A stretch of DNA of 64,000 nt from Paecilomyces variotii (taxonomy: Eukaryota). This document shows, in pieces, positions 23,201 to 36,144 of the stretch. Position 1 is the first letter of the stretch, and each line of letters opens with the position of its first letter. The notes beneath the pieces were generated by a model that was not told where the DNA came from, made no database searches, and was given only the letters and a program-made list of their open reading frames with translations. Made by a program: the position numbers and the translations under genes. Where the stretch lies: assembly GCA_004022145.1 (NCBI GenBank), contig RCNU01000003.1. One strand, 5' to 3'.

Positions 23201-26200
23201 CAGTTTTTACGACAACAAGACGGGATGATGCCGTTCATAATAACTGGACATATATCCATCCCCACACACCAGACCGCCACTTGAGAAAACTTGCTTCTAG
23301 CAAGGTATCTGCATTCATTTCCTGTTCCGAAGATGCTGTGAAATCTCGCATTACCGACCATTTGCCCATTGGAGTCCATGGACTCTCAATCACTGACTTC
23401 CTCAAGTCCTGTTCTTACGTCTATCCAGGACTCATGGAAAAAAGTATCCATGAAGCCCTTCTTGACGCTTACAATGAAGCATCTTCGGTTAATATCTCGG
23501 ACGTGTCTCTTGACACCCTCGAAGACATTGCGCTGCACGATGTGGCTAAGCAACCTGTAACAGCGGGTCGCAATCTTCAAGCGGTTAACTGGACAAGCGC
23601 GGCACCTGTTCTGGCACGAGTAACTTCGGCGATGGAAGAAGTCACCTTCAGCGACTGCAAAACATATTTCTTGATCGGGATGACAGGAAACCTGGGATTG
23701 TCGACATGCCTTTATATGATCTCGCGCGGTGCCAAGTACTTTGCTCTAGCAAGTCGGAACCCCAAGGTTGATCAGCAATGGTTGGATCATGTTAGCTTGA
23801 CTTATGGGGTGATAGTAAATGTTTTCTCATTGTAATATTCCCTTTTAACAGTTGTGTCCAGTGGGCTAATTCGTGCAGGGATATCACGAGTCGGGAATCA
23901 TTGATAGAAGTGTACCAAACAATCTCTCGCACTATGCCTCCCATAGGAGGGGTGACGAACGCTGCCTTGATCATGCGCGATGGTGCCTTCATGGACATGG
24001 ACTCTGACGACATGAACCAGGCGTTGCAGCCCAAGGTAGACGGAAGCATTTACCTTGACGAGCTATTCTCGGATCATACCGATCTTGAATTCTTTGTTCT
24101 CTTTTCCTCTCTTGTCTATATCACTGGTAACGCGGGCCAGGTTGCTTACGCAGCTGGAAATGCCTTTATGGTAAGCCTGATACACGGTAGGCGTCAGCGC
24201 GGCTTGGTTGGTAGCGTCATGAACCTGTCGGGAATCAAGGGTGTGGGATATATCACCCGGACTGACCATGGAATCTTGAATCGCCTCGATATTTTGGGAT
24301 ACGGAGTCATGTCTGAACGGGACTTCTTATACTTCTTTGCCGAGGCTATCCTAGCTGGACCGCCAAATTCCGGTCGCAACCCGGAGATTTCAGCTGGTCT
24401 ACGATTCTGCGACCCTCACAAGGACGCTGCCCCTCCAGCTTGGATCGAGGATCCAAAGTTCAGTCACTACCGAGTTCATCATAACCAGAATGATGGTCAA
24501 GAAGGCGGACATCAAGTTACGTCTGTTAAGAATCGACTTTTAGGCGCCCAATCTGAGAAGGAGGTCTTTGATATCATCCTTGGTTAGTGATTAACAGGCC
24601 AGATGACCATGTGCCACGACTGACCATTTTCACTACAGATGCTTTATTGGCAATGCTACACAGGAAACTGAGATTACAACCAGAGAACGCTGTGCCTGCA
24701 GATGTGGCCATCGTTGAACTCGGTGTGGATTCTTTGGTGGCGGTTGAGATGCGTTCATGGTTCACCAACGAGTTCAACCTGGATATTCCCATCATCAAGA
24801 TACTTGGAGGCGCTACGGTCTCAGCTCTCATCTCTGACGCTATTCCAGAGCTCTCCCATGAGACTATCCCAAATCTCGCCAAGGATGCGCCTGCTAAGCC
24901 AGCCGATGCTATACCGCCATCCATGTACAAGAGCTCAGACTCAGGGTCAGGCTCTTTCGGAGAATCAGAGTCGCACTTGGACTCTAATTCTACCCCTGAT
25001 GAGTCAACTGATACAACGGCGAGTATACCTGACGTGGAAGAGAAGACTTCGCCCCTGGTCTTTCAGAGAAAGGAGAAGATGTCTTACGGATCATCACGCT
25101 TCTGGTTCTTGCGGCAATACCTGGATGACAAAACCTGCTTCAATATTGTTTTTCGGGCCCGGATTACCGGCAAGATCAATATTAAGAAATTCGAGGAGGT
25201 CGTCCGCCAGATAGGCAGCCGCCATGAGGCCTTCCGGACAGCCTTTTACGCTGATAAGGAGCGTCAGGATGAGCCAACCCAGGGAGTTATGGTAGAGTCG
25301 CGGTTGCAGCTTGAAGTGAACAAGATTACTCACGAAGACGAGGCTCTTATTGTTACTAATGACTTGCTCGATTACAGCTTTGACATTGAAGGTGGTGAGA
25401 CGATACGAATGCTGATGTTGTCCTTGTCACCAGAAGACCACATTTTAGTTTTTGGGATGCATCATATTGCTATTGATGGATTCAGCTTCAACGTTCTCCT
25501 CACTGAGATTGATATGCTCTACCGGGACCAGCCTTTGCCCATTATTCGTCGACAGTTCACTGATTTTGCTGTACAGCAGCGGCGTGAGGTTGAGAATGGC
25601 CAGACGGATAAGGAACGAGCCTTCTGGCGGAATATGTATCCTGACATCCCTGAACCTCTTCCTCTTTTCCCACTCGCCAACGTTAGCTGCCGAAAGCCAG
25701 TGATGAGATATGAACATGAAGAAGCGTCAATAATCTTAGACCGTGCTACTGCGGAGAGCATCCGGACAAGGTGTCGTGAAAACAGATCCACTATCTTCCA
25801 CTTTTTCCTGGCTACTTTACAGGTCCTGCTCTTCCGGTACCTGGACGTAGAAGATTTGTGCATCGGAATTGCAGACGCCAATCGGCACGATGTCAACACA
25901 CTGACAACGGTCGGATTCTTGCTGAACTTGCTTCCATTACGCTTCAATGCTCCAAATGGAGCTTTTGACAGCGTGCTTGCTGCGGCCAGGAATCTGGTCT
26001 ACTCCTGTTTGGAGCATTCAAGGTTCCCCTTTGATGTTCTAATCGAGGATCTCAATATACCGCGCTCGTCTACCTACAGTCCCCTATTCCAGGTTCTCTT
26101 GGACTACCGACAGTTCGCCGTCAAAAGTCCGCCGATGCTGAATTGTCGGGCCGAGGGTGAACGTATCATGGGCCGCACGGCATACGACTTACTGCTGGAT

Positions 26201-29200
26201 ATCACAGACTTCTCTGGCTCAGATATCTCTATCAAGCTCCAGACACAGAAATCATTGTATTCACGTCAGCACACAGAAACCCTTCTTCGGAGCTATGTGC
26301 ACCTGATCCACTTCTTTGCGAATGACTTCAAGGCAGAGACTAGCAACGCTCCTCTGTTTTCAGAGAATGAAAAATGGAAGTCTATCCGCCATGGACGAGG
26401 TAAGTTAACCCTCTGGTATTTAAAAATAAATTTACGAAATATGCTGATATCTGTCAAATTTCAGGGCCAACGTTTACTTCAGAATGGCCAGAAACTTTGT
26501 CTCACCGAATCGACGATATATCCACTCAATACCCCGAGGACGTCGCCCTTCGGGATGGCTTGGGTGTCGTCATGACATACCGCGATATGTCATTGAAAAT
26601 GGACGCGATCATTGATCAGCTGCAGCAGGCCAGGATAGAGCCAGGGAGCAGGATCGCAGTATTCCAGGAGCCATCCGCTCTGTGGATATGCTCTCTGCTG
26701 GCTATCTGGAAGGTTGGGGGTATATACCTGCCCTTGGACAGTCGCAATAGCCTATCCCGACTGGCATCCATTGTGACCAACTGCAAGCCAGATGCCGTGC
26801 TCTGCACTACGGATACACTCGCTCATGCTCCTTCTCTCGGGTTTAACGGATCTATGATCGACGTCCGAACAGCTGCGCGGGCCCCATTGTTAGCTCGTCA
26901 TACGAATAAAGCTGCTGGATCTTTCACGGCCGTCATCCTTTTCACCAGCGGATCTACCGGGACACCAAAAGGAATTGAAATCAGCCACTCCAGCCTGAGA
27001 AATCTGTTCGAAGGTTATCAGAAGACCGGCGATCTCAGCAGACATACTGTCTTGCAGCAGAGCGCTTACAGTTTTGACCTGTCACTAGATCAGATCTTGA
27101 CAGGCCTCACGGGTGGCGGTTCTATCTATGTTGCTTCTGCTGAGCAGCGTTTGGATCCCCGCGAGTTGGCGCGAATCATTGCCCAGGAGCATATCACCAG
27201 TACCACGGCTACTCCCTCTGAATACTCCAGCTGGATCACGTACGGTAAACCTATGTTGCTGTCAGCCAGAAAGTGGACTCGGGCGATAATTGCCGGTGAA
27301 CGCTGGACAAGTGCTTTACGAAAAGCCTTTCAGGATTTACATCTACCTGGTCTCCGTCTGCTGAGCTGTTACGGACCTGCGGAAACAACCATCTACTGCA
27401 CAAAGATGGACTTGCCATCAGACGATACGGGCATTATCCCCGTTGGTTGTCCAATCCCCAACAGTTCTATTTACGTGGTAGATAACCAGTTGAACGTACT
27501 CCCTCCGGGAGTTGTGGGAGAGATCGTGGTTGGAGGCGCCGGGGTTGCAGTGGGATATTTCGACAATGCGGAGCTGACCAACGATAAGTTCTTCACTGAC
27601 CCTCATGCGTCATCAGAATTCGTTGCAGCAGGCTGGACCAAAATATATAGGACTGGCGACATCGGTTATTTGCAGGAGGACGGCTCCCTGGTCTTTGTCT
27701 GTCGGGTCGACGGCGACACACAGGTCAAACTGCGCGGTATACGAATCGAGCTGGAGGATATTGAGAACACAATCATCAAGGCATCGGATGGTGCAATTTC
27801 TCAAGCTGTAGTATCTGTTCGCGGTGAAGGCAACGAGTCTCGGATTCTGCTTGCATTCGTCGAATTCGCTCCAGGACAGTCACTCAGTCAGGAGGAACTC
27901 TCTCATCTGCTTGGCCGTCTTTCTCTTCCACAGTACATGATCCCAACGATGCTGATTCCACTTGATGATGGAATCCCTCTAACTCCCCACAAGAAGGTTC
28001 ATCGACGGGCAATCGACAACATGCCTCTGCCTCAGACACATCACATTGACGGTGAACAGAACTGTCTGAACGCCACGGAGGTCGCTCTCAGAGAAATATG
28101 GGTAGAAATGCTTCCAAAGGAAATCACTGCCGCAGTACCTATCGACAAAAAGACCGACTTTTTCTACGTAGGAGGAAATTCTCTTCTGTCCGTTCGGCTA
28201 CAGGCCCGCATCCGAGATATTTTTGGTGTTTTCCTGCCCTTGGTAGATCTGATCGAATCAAGTACGCTGGAAGACATCGCTATCCATATTAACAATCGGT
28301 TAAATGAACATGCAATCGATTGGGACGCAGAGATTGCCGCGGACGAGGATATCCTATCGATCATTCCGGGAGAAGCGACGCAGAACAGTGGTCAGCCACA
28401 AACTGTTCTCCTGACAGGTGCTTCTGGCTTTGTTGGAAGCTCTATCCTGCAGAAATTGATTTCGGATGATCGAGTATCGCGCATCCATTGTGTTGCCGTA
28501 CGGGAGGGCGCTGCACGGGAGAAAATGCGCTCAATGACATCGGAAACCACCAAGGTCATTATCCACGAGGGAAATTTGGCATCTCCTGCTCTCGGCCTAC
28601 CTGAAAATACTTTTGCGTTACTGTCCAAAGAAACGGACGTCATCATTCACTCGGGCGCGAACCGTTCTTTCTGGGGCCGTTATGACTCCCTCCGCGCCGT
28701 AAACGTGCTTTCAACCAAGGAACTCGTTCGATTGGCCGCTTATGCTCGCCGTGATCATGGAAAGGCCATTCCTATTCACTTCTTGTCAACAAGCAGTAGC
28801 TGCTATCGTGACGCGAACTCCAGGCCCCCTACGGACGGCTCCATGGGTTATGTGGCATCGAAATGGGTTAGTGAGAGATACTTGGAGAATGCAGCCGCCC
28901 GGCACTTGGGATTACCAGTGTACATTCATCGAATGGCTCCTCCGGCATCGAGTGAGGGCCTAGAGGGACACAGAAACGACGATGATAAAAACACCGAGAA
29001 GGAACGCATTTTCCAGGAATTCATCTCGATCATCTCCCGGATAAAGCTCATTCCATCATCAGACACGTGGGGCGGCCAGTGGGATCTGATTCCCGTACGA
29101 CAACTCGCAGAAGATATCGTGGAAGGAGCAGTGGTATCGCAGATATATAGCACTGCCAATTCTGCCGCTAGTCAGCAGAATCCACTTGTTCGCTACCAAA

Positions 29201-29412
29201 TGCACTTTAGCACTGTGCGGATGACAATGGATGAGGTGGTCCAGGCATTGGAGGAGGCGATACCAATTAGACAAAAGGGGTACCAGGAAATACCGGCCCA
29301 TATCTGGGTTGGGAAAGCGAAATCGGCAGGGTTTTCTTATCATTTTGCGTCGATGGATATGTTTCTCCTAAAGGACCAGAACGGAGATGTTGTCGGTGAA
29401 TTGCGTCGTTGA
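17298..29412 (+). CDS. Iterative hybrid PKS-NRPS (KS-AT-DH-degenerate MT-ER0-KR-ACP-C-A-T-R), 5 exons, interrupted by an in-frame TGA at 17712-17714 (possible pseudogene or sequence error)
   Basis: [147 protein letters not shown]. Frame-consistent introns at 17926-17977, 23832-23878, 24583-24638 and 26400-26464 give about 3,965 codons. Confidence 0.95.
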
Positions 29413-29962
29413 TGGACCATCCCCGCTAGCACAGAACCCTACTTCGTTACGTCGGCATATAAATATATGTGTGTATAAAGTCACTATTATTACATGATAG
29501 TACATTCACTTCAAAGCCACAGAACATAGAAACACTGTGAATATCTGACTTTGCCATGGCAATATACTAGCTAAACTATATAATAATTACCGTGTGGTAA
29601 CCACTCCAATACAAGGTCCTGCCCCTCACGTCAGAAAAAGCCAAATATACGAATAGAATGACCACAATGCCACTTGCGAATCACCGATATCCCTATCCCG
29701 TTGATGATGGGCTCCAACATAAGCACTAATGCAACGCGCTGCGTTGCTGTCTTTGGGTTAGCGCCGTCTCAGTGGCTGAGTCTGACATGATCAACAAAAT
29801 TACTGCCTGCATCGAGACATCGCAATCGTCGTTCACAAGCGCCCCCTTATCTCTTCAATAATGAAGGAGTGTTCCCTAGAAACCCCGTTTGATACTTAGA
29901 TGAGCTCCTCGTGGCCTGTATCACGGGTGTGTACAACTAGGTAGGCAGGCAGGCTATCCACG

Positions 29963-31883
29963 ATGGTGTACTGCGGTAAGCCATCTAAAGGATGTGGAGA
30001 ATGCCGCGCGAGAAAGATAGGAGTGAGTATGCGCCAAGTGACAGTCAACCCTAATGGGTTGAGCCGTAGCCCGTATTTCTCGCAATGCTTACTGACTTGG
30101 GCTTCCAGTGCGACCAGACCAGACCGGCATGTTTGCAGTGCACTAGGGCTAATCGTGCCTGTCCTGGGTATCGAGATGAGCCTTCGCTCCTGTTTCGTGA
30201 TGAGACCCAGGATGTGGTGCGAAAGGCGAAAGAAACAAAATTATCGAAAGCGGCGTCGCATCTATCAAAGAAAAAACGCACTTCATGCTCTTTCGAGAAT
30301 GACGCAAACTCGGATAAGCGGGTTATACTTCGACCTGCCACTGCTGTCGAGTCGCAGCGGTACAACTACGATTGTGACCCGTTAAGGCTCCGATGGATCT
30401 CGGCGCCTATCACGGAACAGGCCACAAATTTCTTCTTCGCTAATTTTGCGTGGCTTGCGGCGTCCCTGATGCAGAAGGGTGTGCTTTTCGCCCCTAATCT
30501 AGACGATTCTTTAGGGGGAAAGGCTTTAATGGCTGGTGTTGCATCAATCGGCTCCGCGACACTATCGAATATTCATAACGCCCCTGAATTCCATGTATCA
30601 GCAAGAGAGAACTATATAGCTGCTTTGCGTCTGATCAAAGGAGCACTTGCGGACACTGGCCAAGCGAAAACAGATTTGACGTTCACCGCTTCGATTCTTC
30701 TAGGCATATTTGAGGTGAGATATATCCCTCGCATCTACTTCCCAGAATCTTACATTGAAGATAGCTTGTCACTTGCACGAATCCTGCCACGGCAGATAAT
30801 TGGACTGGCCACGTCAGAGGCGCTATGGCACTCTTCCAGTTACGAGGCGCCAGCCGGCTTGAGGATGAATCAGGAATGCGCATGTTCCATCAGCTAAGAA
30901 ACCAAATTGTGCGTCATCATAGGGATAGGGTTAATAATCACTCTTACTAACATTTCCCGCAGCTCATCTCCTGTCTTCAAAGGAAAACGCGTGTGCCCGC
31001 CTTAGTGCTAGAGTTGTCGAGGAAAGCTGCTTTCTTAAAAGCGCCTGGGACTACTTATTTTGATCGCCTCGCAGAAACGGTCGCCAAATTATGTAATTTA
31101 CGCGCTGATATCGCGTCCAAGTCAATAACCAATAATTCGGAGATCTTCTCAGCGGCCTGCTCTATCGAATGCGAGCTGTTAGCTTGGGTTAACAGCCTTC
31201 CTCCCAATTGGGCTTATAGTACGAACCAGGCCGCCGAAGGAAACGATAAACTGAGAACTGGGTGGAATGGGCTATACCCATATAATGGCCGATATCATGT
31301 CTACGAGGATTTGTGGATATGTAGCGCCTGGAACCAGTGCCGTGCTGCTCGAATTTTTGTCAACGAGATTATTCTGACACGTCTGTGGCTGATGCACAGT
31401 GAATCTGCCACGGTTTCCGTTTCAAGCGAATTCAGAGTTCAGTGTGGTAATATTCGGAGTACCTTGAGGCAACTGGCAGCGGATGTTTGCTACAGCGTTC
31501 CCTATTGTTGTGCGAGCGTCAATGGGGTCGATTTCGTTGATATCGGAGATGTTTCTGTCTCAAAGTCTACTGTTGGAGGATTCACAGTACTCTGGGCTCT
31601 GTTCTTGGCTGGCTCGGTCGAGGGCTGTGATAGTGTGCTTGGTGAGTGGTGTATTGAGTGCCTTCGCTGGATCGGGCATACACTCGGGATTGGACTGGCA
31701 CTGGCTATGATTGACATCCTTCGCATGAACACCGGGATTCTTCAATGGATGGATAGCATGGATCGAGAAACCCACTCAACCGGAACCGAAACGGCGAACG
31801 GAAACGATATACACGACCTCTCCACGAAAACCAATGACCCCTGGTGGGATCGGGAAATGGCTCATCAAGATACACAGTCATGA
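29963..31883 (+). CDS. Zn(II)2Cys6 transcription factor (4 exons; introns 30023-30108, 30715-30764, 30909-30962), probable cluster regulator
   Basis: Spliced CGECRARKIGCDQTRPACLQCTRANRACPGY binuclear cluster followed by a fungal TF middle region. It lies immediately downstream of the PKS-NRPS. Confidence 0.9.
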
Positions 31884-32634
31884 ATTAGTCGCTAAACCCT
31901 ATATTGCACACAAATCGAGCCCAGATATTACCGGGAAGAGTCTTTTGAGGATTATCATGATTAGCCAGCCTTTGCACAATGGGTGACGACTTGCGCTATT
32001 GTTGAGAGGCTATTGCTTCTAATGCAATGCCACTTTGAGTGAGACTTACAGAGCTATTCCTCTGAACCTCGTCTTCCCTTCAAATAAGACGGCGTTGATC
32101 ACACCTAGGCGCACTGGAGCCGAATTATAGTCAGACTGTAGAACACTGCATTAGATATCATGGCTGCGCCTGAACACGAGAAAAACCCGAGCCCGTTGAT
32201 TGGTGGATTGGAGATACCGAGGCACACTTCGCTGGGCTGTGCAAGTATGAGCTGCAGCATCCGGCGGTGCCCCTACTTTATTTCACAAACAACTCGACAG
32301 CAGTTTAGAAGATGAGGCTCAATTGGAGTTCAGAAGTTTCACACGTCGTATATTAGCGTCTACGGACCGCTGTGTTTGTGCCATGAATGGACCTTGGTTC
32401 AACCAAATGCGGCTGCGGGGGAGGATTGTAAGGCATCCTTGAAAACTAGGAGCCTAACAAAGAATGAAGTATATGTGTCGAGGAAGCCTTTCATCCATGA
32501 TGGGATATTTAAATGAACTTGAAAGAATCGATAATTACTGCTTGCGATGGACTCATTGAGTGGTAACTTCAGCTTGACTTCATCTTGACTTTCAAAACAC
32601 AGCGGCACATTCCCTCCGTTGCCTCCTTCCTGTT

Positions 32635-33802
32635 ATGTCACAAGGATATTCATCCATCGGTACGTCTCTATTCACTGTGTCCTTAACATGTATGTTGCTA
32701 TTTAATTTCAATCATACTGATGACACTGGCTTTCTCTGAGAGATACAGATTCTGTCAAGCACTTTTATCGGCGCTATTTCATCCAGGATACTCAGATCCT
32801 ATCTGAGAATGGGACACCGACATTCTACATCACAGCGCTCGAGACACGGTCAAGTTGGCTCCTCAGAGAACCCTCTCGTAGCACGAGACCTTGCGAACCG
32901 GTCTTCCAGTACCAGCCACCATGGTAGCGATCTCTGGACGCCTCCCCCATACTCTGAAGTACTTCCAGCGGGGACGAAATTCCCAGCAATGAACCACCTT
33001 TCCGCCAATAATGGGATTAGCGCTGATTCTCCATATGCATTTCTCAAAGAGTTCGACACCATTTTTGTTGTGGACGACAGTTCAAGTATGACAGGATGGC
33101 GCTGGCAAGAGGCAGAACAAGCGATCTCAGCGATTGCGCCGGTCTGCACACAGTTTGATCCCGATGGGATCGATATCTACTTCCTTAACCATCGGAATGC
33201 GAGAGATAGGTCCCATGGAGGGGCCTACCTGAATGTCAAAACCGCAGAGGGTGTCAGGAATATCTTCCATTCCGTGGCACCATATGGACCCACGCCATAT
33301 GGGAAACGCCTTCTTCAGATCCTACAGCCCTATCTGGGGAGGGTGGAGAAGATGGCAGCCGCTACAGATGATGTCGGGGCGTTGCGCGATCCTGCGCTCG
33401 CCGTACGGCCTTTGAACATCATTGCCATCACTGATGGCGAGTTCACAGATGATGCGGAAAGTGTCATTGTGGACGCTGCTAAGCGACTAGATAAGTGCAG
33501 GGCTGTGCCTTGGCAGGTGGGCATTCAGTTTTTTCAAATTGGGAATGATGAGGCGGCCCGCAGATATCTCGAAGAACTCGATGATGAACTAGAGCATAAA
33601 GTTCAAAACGAAAATATACGTGATATCGTTGATACCGTTCCCTGGAGGGGAGACAGAGGCCAATCGTTGAGTGGAGAAGGGATCCTGAAGGTAAAGGATT
33701 TTAATATATCCTACATACTGCGAGGGTTTGCTAAATGTCCCTGTACAGGTCGTCATCGGAGCGGTTCATAAGAAGTACGATAAACGGAAAGCCACCCATT
33801 GA
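32635..33802 (+). CDS. von Willebrand factor A domain protein (fungal); 5' exon structure uncertain
   Basis: DTIFVVDDSSSM (MIDAS DxSxS), DGIDIYFLN, PLNIIAITDG, GIQFFQIG. Last intron 33691-33748, then VVIGAVHKKYD...stop. The main ORF starts at 32809; a short upstream exon from ATG 32635 is inferred. Confidence 0.8.
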
Positions 33803-36144
33803 ACTCGTCCACTCGAGGACTTATAACGTTCATGATTTGCGTGAGATTCTGGGCCTTCGACAAGCAATTTCTATCTTCTCACGGTTACGAACGGGACGTT
33901 GTGAAGTTAGAATCGCTGCGAGGATACTGCGAACTTCAGACCATCGAGGTCTGGTCTAACACTTTGAACGGTGGTCTTGCTAGAACTGCTCAATGCCTCC
34001 GCTAGTGCAATAGTCATTTAGAGAGAGAGAGAGAAAAAAAAATGCAAGGCTGACGAGAACTGTGTTCGCATCGAAGTGATAGCCAGGACAAGGGACGGCT
34101 TGCAGCTTGTATCAAATCCGTCCAATAGCAACGTTGTCCATATAGTCTTACCATTCTCTTGGTTGCGGTTTAATCGTAGGAAGCCACGGAATATCCTCGA
34201 AGTTGTAGCTATTAGACTCTGGGATGAAACACGGCAGTCACATACACCGCCAGATACTATGTAACAGCTGTACTCGCGAGTTTGATGGTTTGATATTGTT
34301 GGAATTTGTAGCCATCGGATTTGCCGCCGATCAGGCTCAGCGAGGCGAGGGGCCTGCACAACTGTGCTGAAACAACTTTAGCGACTCCCTTGCGCCGCTC
34401 CTTGCGGTCTAGGCCACTTCGCGAGAGAAAAGTGTTCGCGAAGAAAGGAGAAAGTTAATCTGAAGAGCCTCAGGTGAACGAACCATGGCGAATTGACCTG
34501 ATTAGTTGATGGGGATCTCCGACAAAGGAATGCAAGTTAGTTTCGTGAACCGATGTGCAGCTAGCTGAAACTCCAAAGAACAGCAATACAACTTACAGAC
34601 CCCCGAGAAAATCCTCGTCGATAGCCTGCTGCTAGCGCTCCAGCTGTTCCTGCAGTGGCCTCGTCGCCACGTTGAGATCTCTTGAGGCACACGCTGATTC
34701 GATTACCCCTGGCTTTCGGTTTGGCCCGGAGCGTCACCGGAGGCTGATCAGTGTTCGGGCTATTCTTGGGCTGTCGTTCTGGTTGGGGGAATTCATCTTG
34801 TTTCAACAGTGGGGATCGACCTGATCGCAGCGCGTGGAAGTGCAGCGTGAGACTCGGCGGCAACCCGTTTGCGGCGTTCCAGGGACGAACAGGCATCGAA
34901 ATGACACACCAGACTCTTTGCGACACAATGAACATTGTTGTTCGCGGCCACTCCGGTAAATATTATTATTGTCTTGAAGTCCAGAATGCATCAAATCGGA
35001 TGGGGGCGCAGCATCGCATGGCTGGACGAACACCACCAGACATCATGGCTGATGCGCCATCGCTCGCTCCACCCCAAAGATGTCAGCGACTGAGATGGCC
35101 GCTAATCTGGACGAGCAGAGGAAACTAGACTGCACTACGGAGACTATGCTCACGCTCTACCGCTTTCGTCCGCACAAGATGGGTTCCTCTTGCGCCGTCT
35201 CCAGTAGTAACAGTTAACCTCGACCCGCAATCGATGGAGAGATCTCCATCTCATATTATTCCATGCGACTTTTCCGGTCCCGCTTTCGCGATCGCGATAT
35301 TGATTTCGGATATGGTGGCCGCTTGCTTGGAAAGTTCAATAATGGATCAGGGCTCAGGGCTGTCTGTTCCCCGCAGATCCGGTCCTGGCAGTAGTGACGT
35401 GAGATCGTCGCCCATGGTTGAAATTTGTTTCCTATAATAATCTTTTGAAGGGACCTGGACGGCGTCGTCGAGTTGCTTCAACAACACTGTCGGGGCCATC
35501 CGGGGTCTGCGACTGTCTTCGACGAACCATCGGGGAGAACACTGCACCGTTCGATTCAGCAGGCGTCCATGCCCATAACATTGAACCCACTGGTCCTCAA
35601 TCACGGCGCTTAGAATCCATTGAGCGACGCTATCATTGGCTATCGATCTCCTCGAGACCTTGTACACCTCAGCGATCCCTAATAAAACCTGAAGCAGCGC
35701 GGTTACTGCCTCATCCCATCCAACGGACGGCCTTTGGCTCATACATTCGACGACAAGGCAGACCCGTGGCTGCAGTATTAGTCTAAGCATAGACGGCTCC
35801 AGGTCAGTGGCCGGCCGGGACAATGTGTTGTTGGATCACTGCCCATTCGGAACATCGCACTGGGCGTCTATGACGATCGGGATCCTAGACAATAATAGAC
35901 GCAATTGTTTACGCCTCCAAAGGCCAGTCCGGACCCAAGGTTGACATCTTACTGTGCTCATAAGAATACGCGGAAAACCTTCGTTGCCTCGTGCTGGACC
36001 GTGGTTCGTTCCATTCGCTCCCAAGACATACAAGCGACCAAATATTCTTAGTTCATTTGACTCTCAATCTGGCATATTACCGGCATTTTCCATATTTTCT
36101 ATTTATCCTTCTTAATTGTTCTATTGTGAACCTCATCTTCCAAC

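Noticed and set aside
18200-29350. Many antisense and alternate-frame ORFs within the PKS-NRPS (likewise in kap95 and aguA)
   Set aside because: Expected shadow ORFs of long coding sequence with no independent features.
34000-36100. Numerous 60-160 aa ORFs on both strands
   Set aside because: No recognisable motifs or coherent splice structure. Probably the promoter/5' region of the downstream gene.
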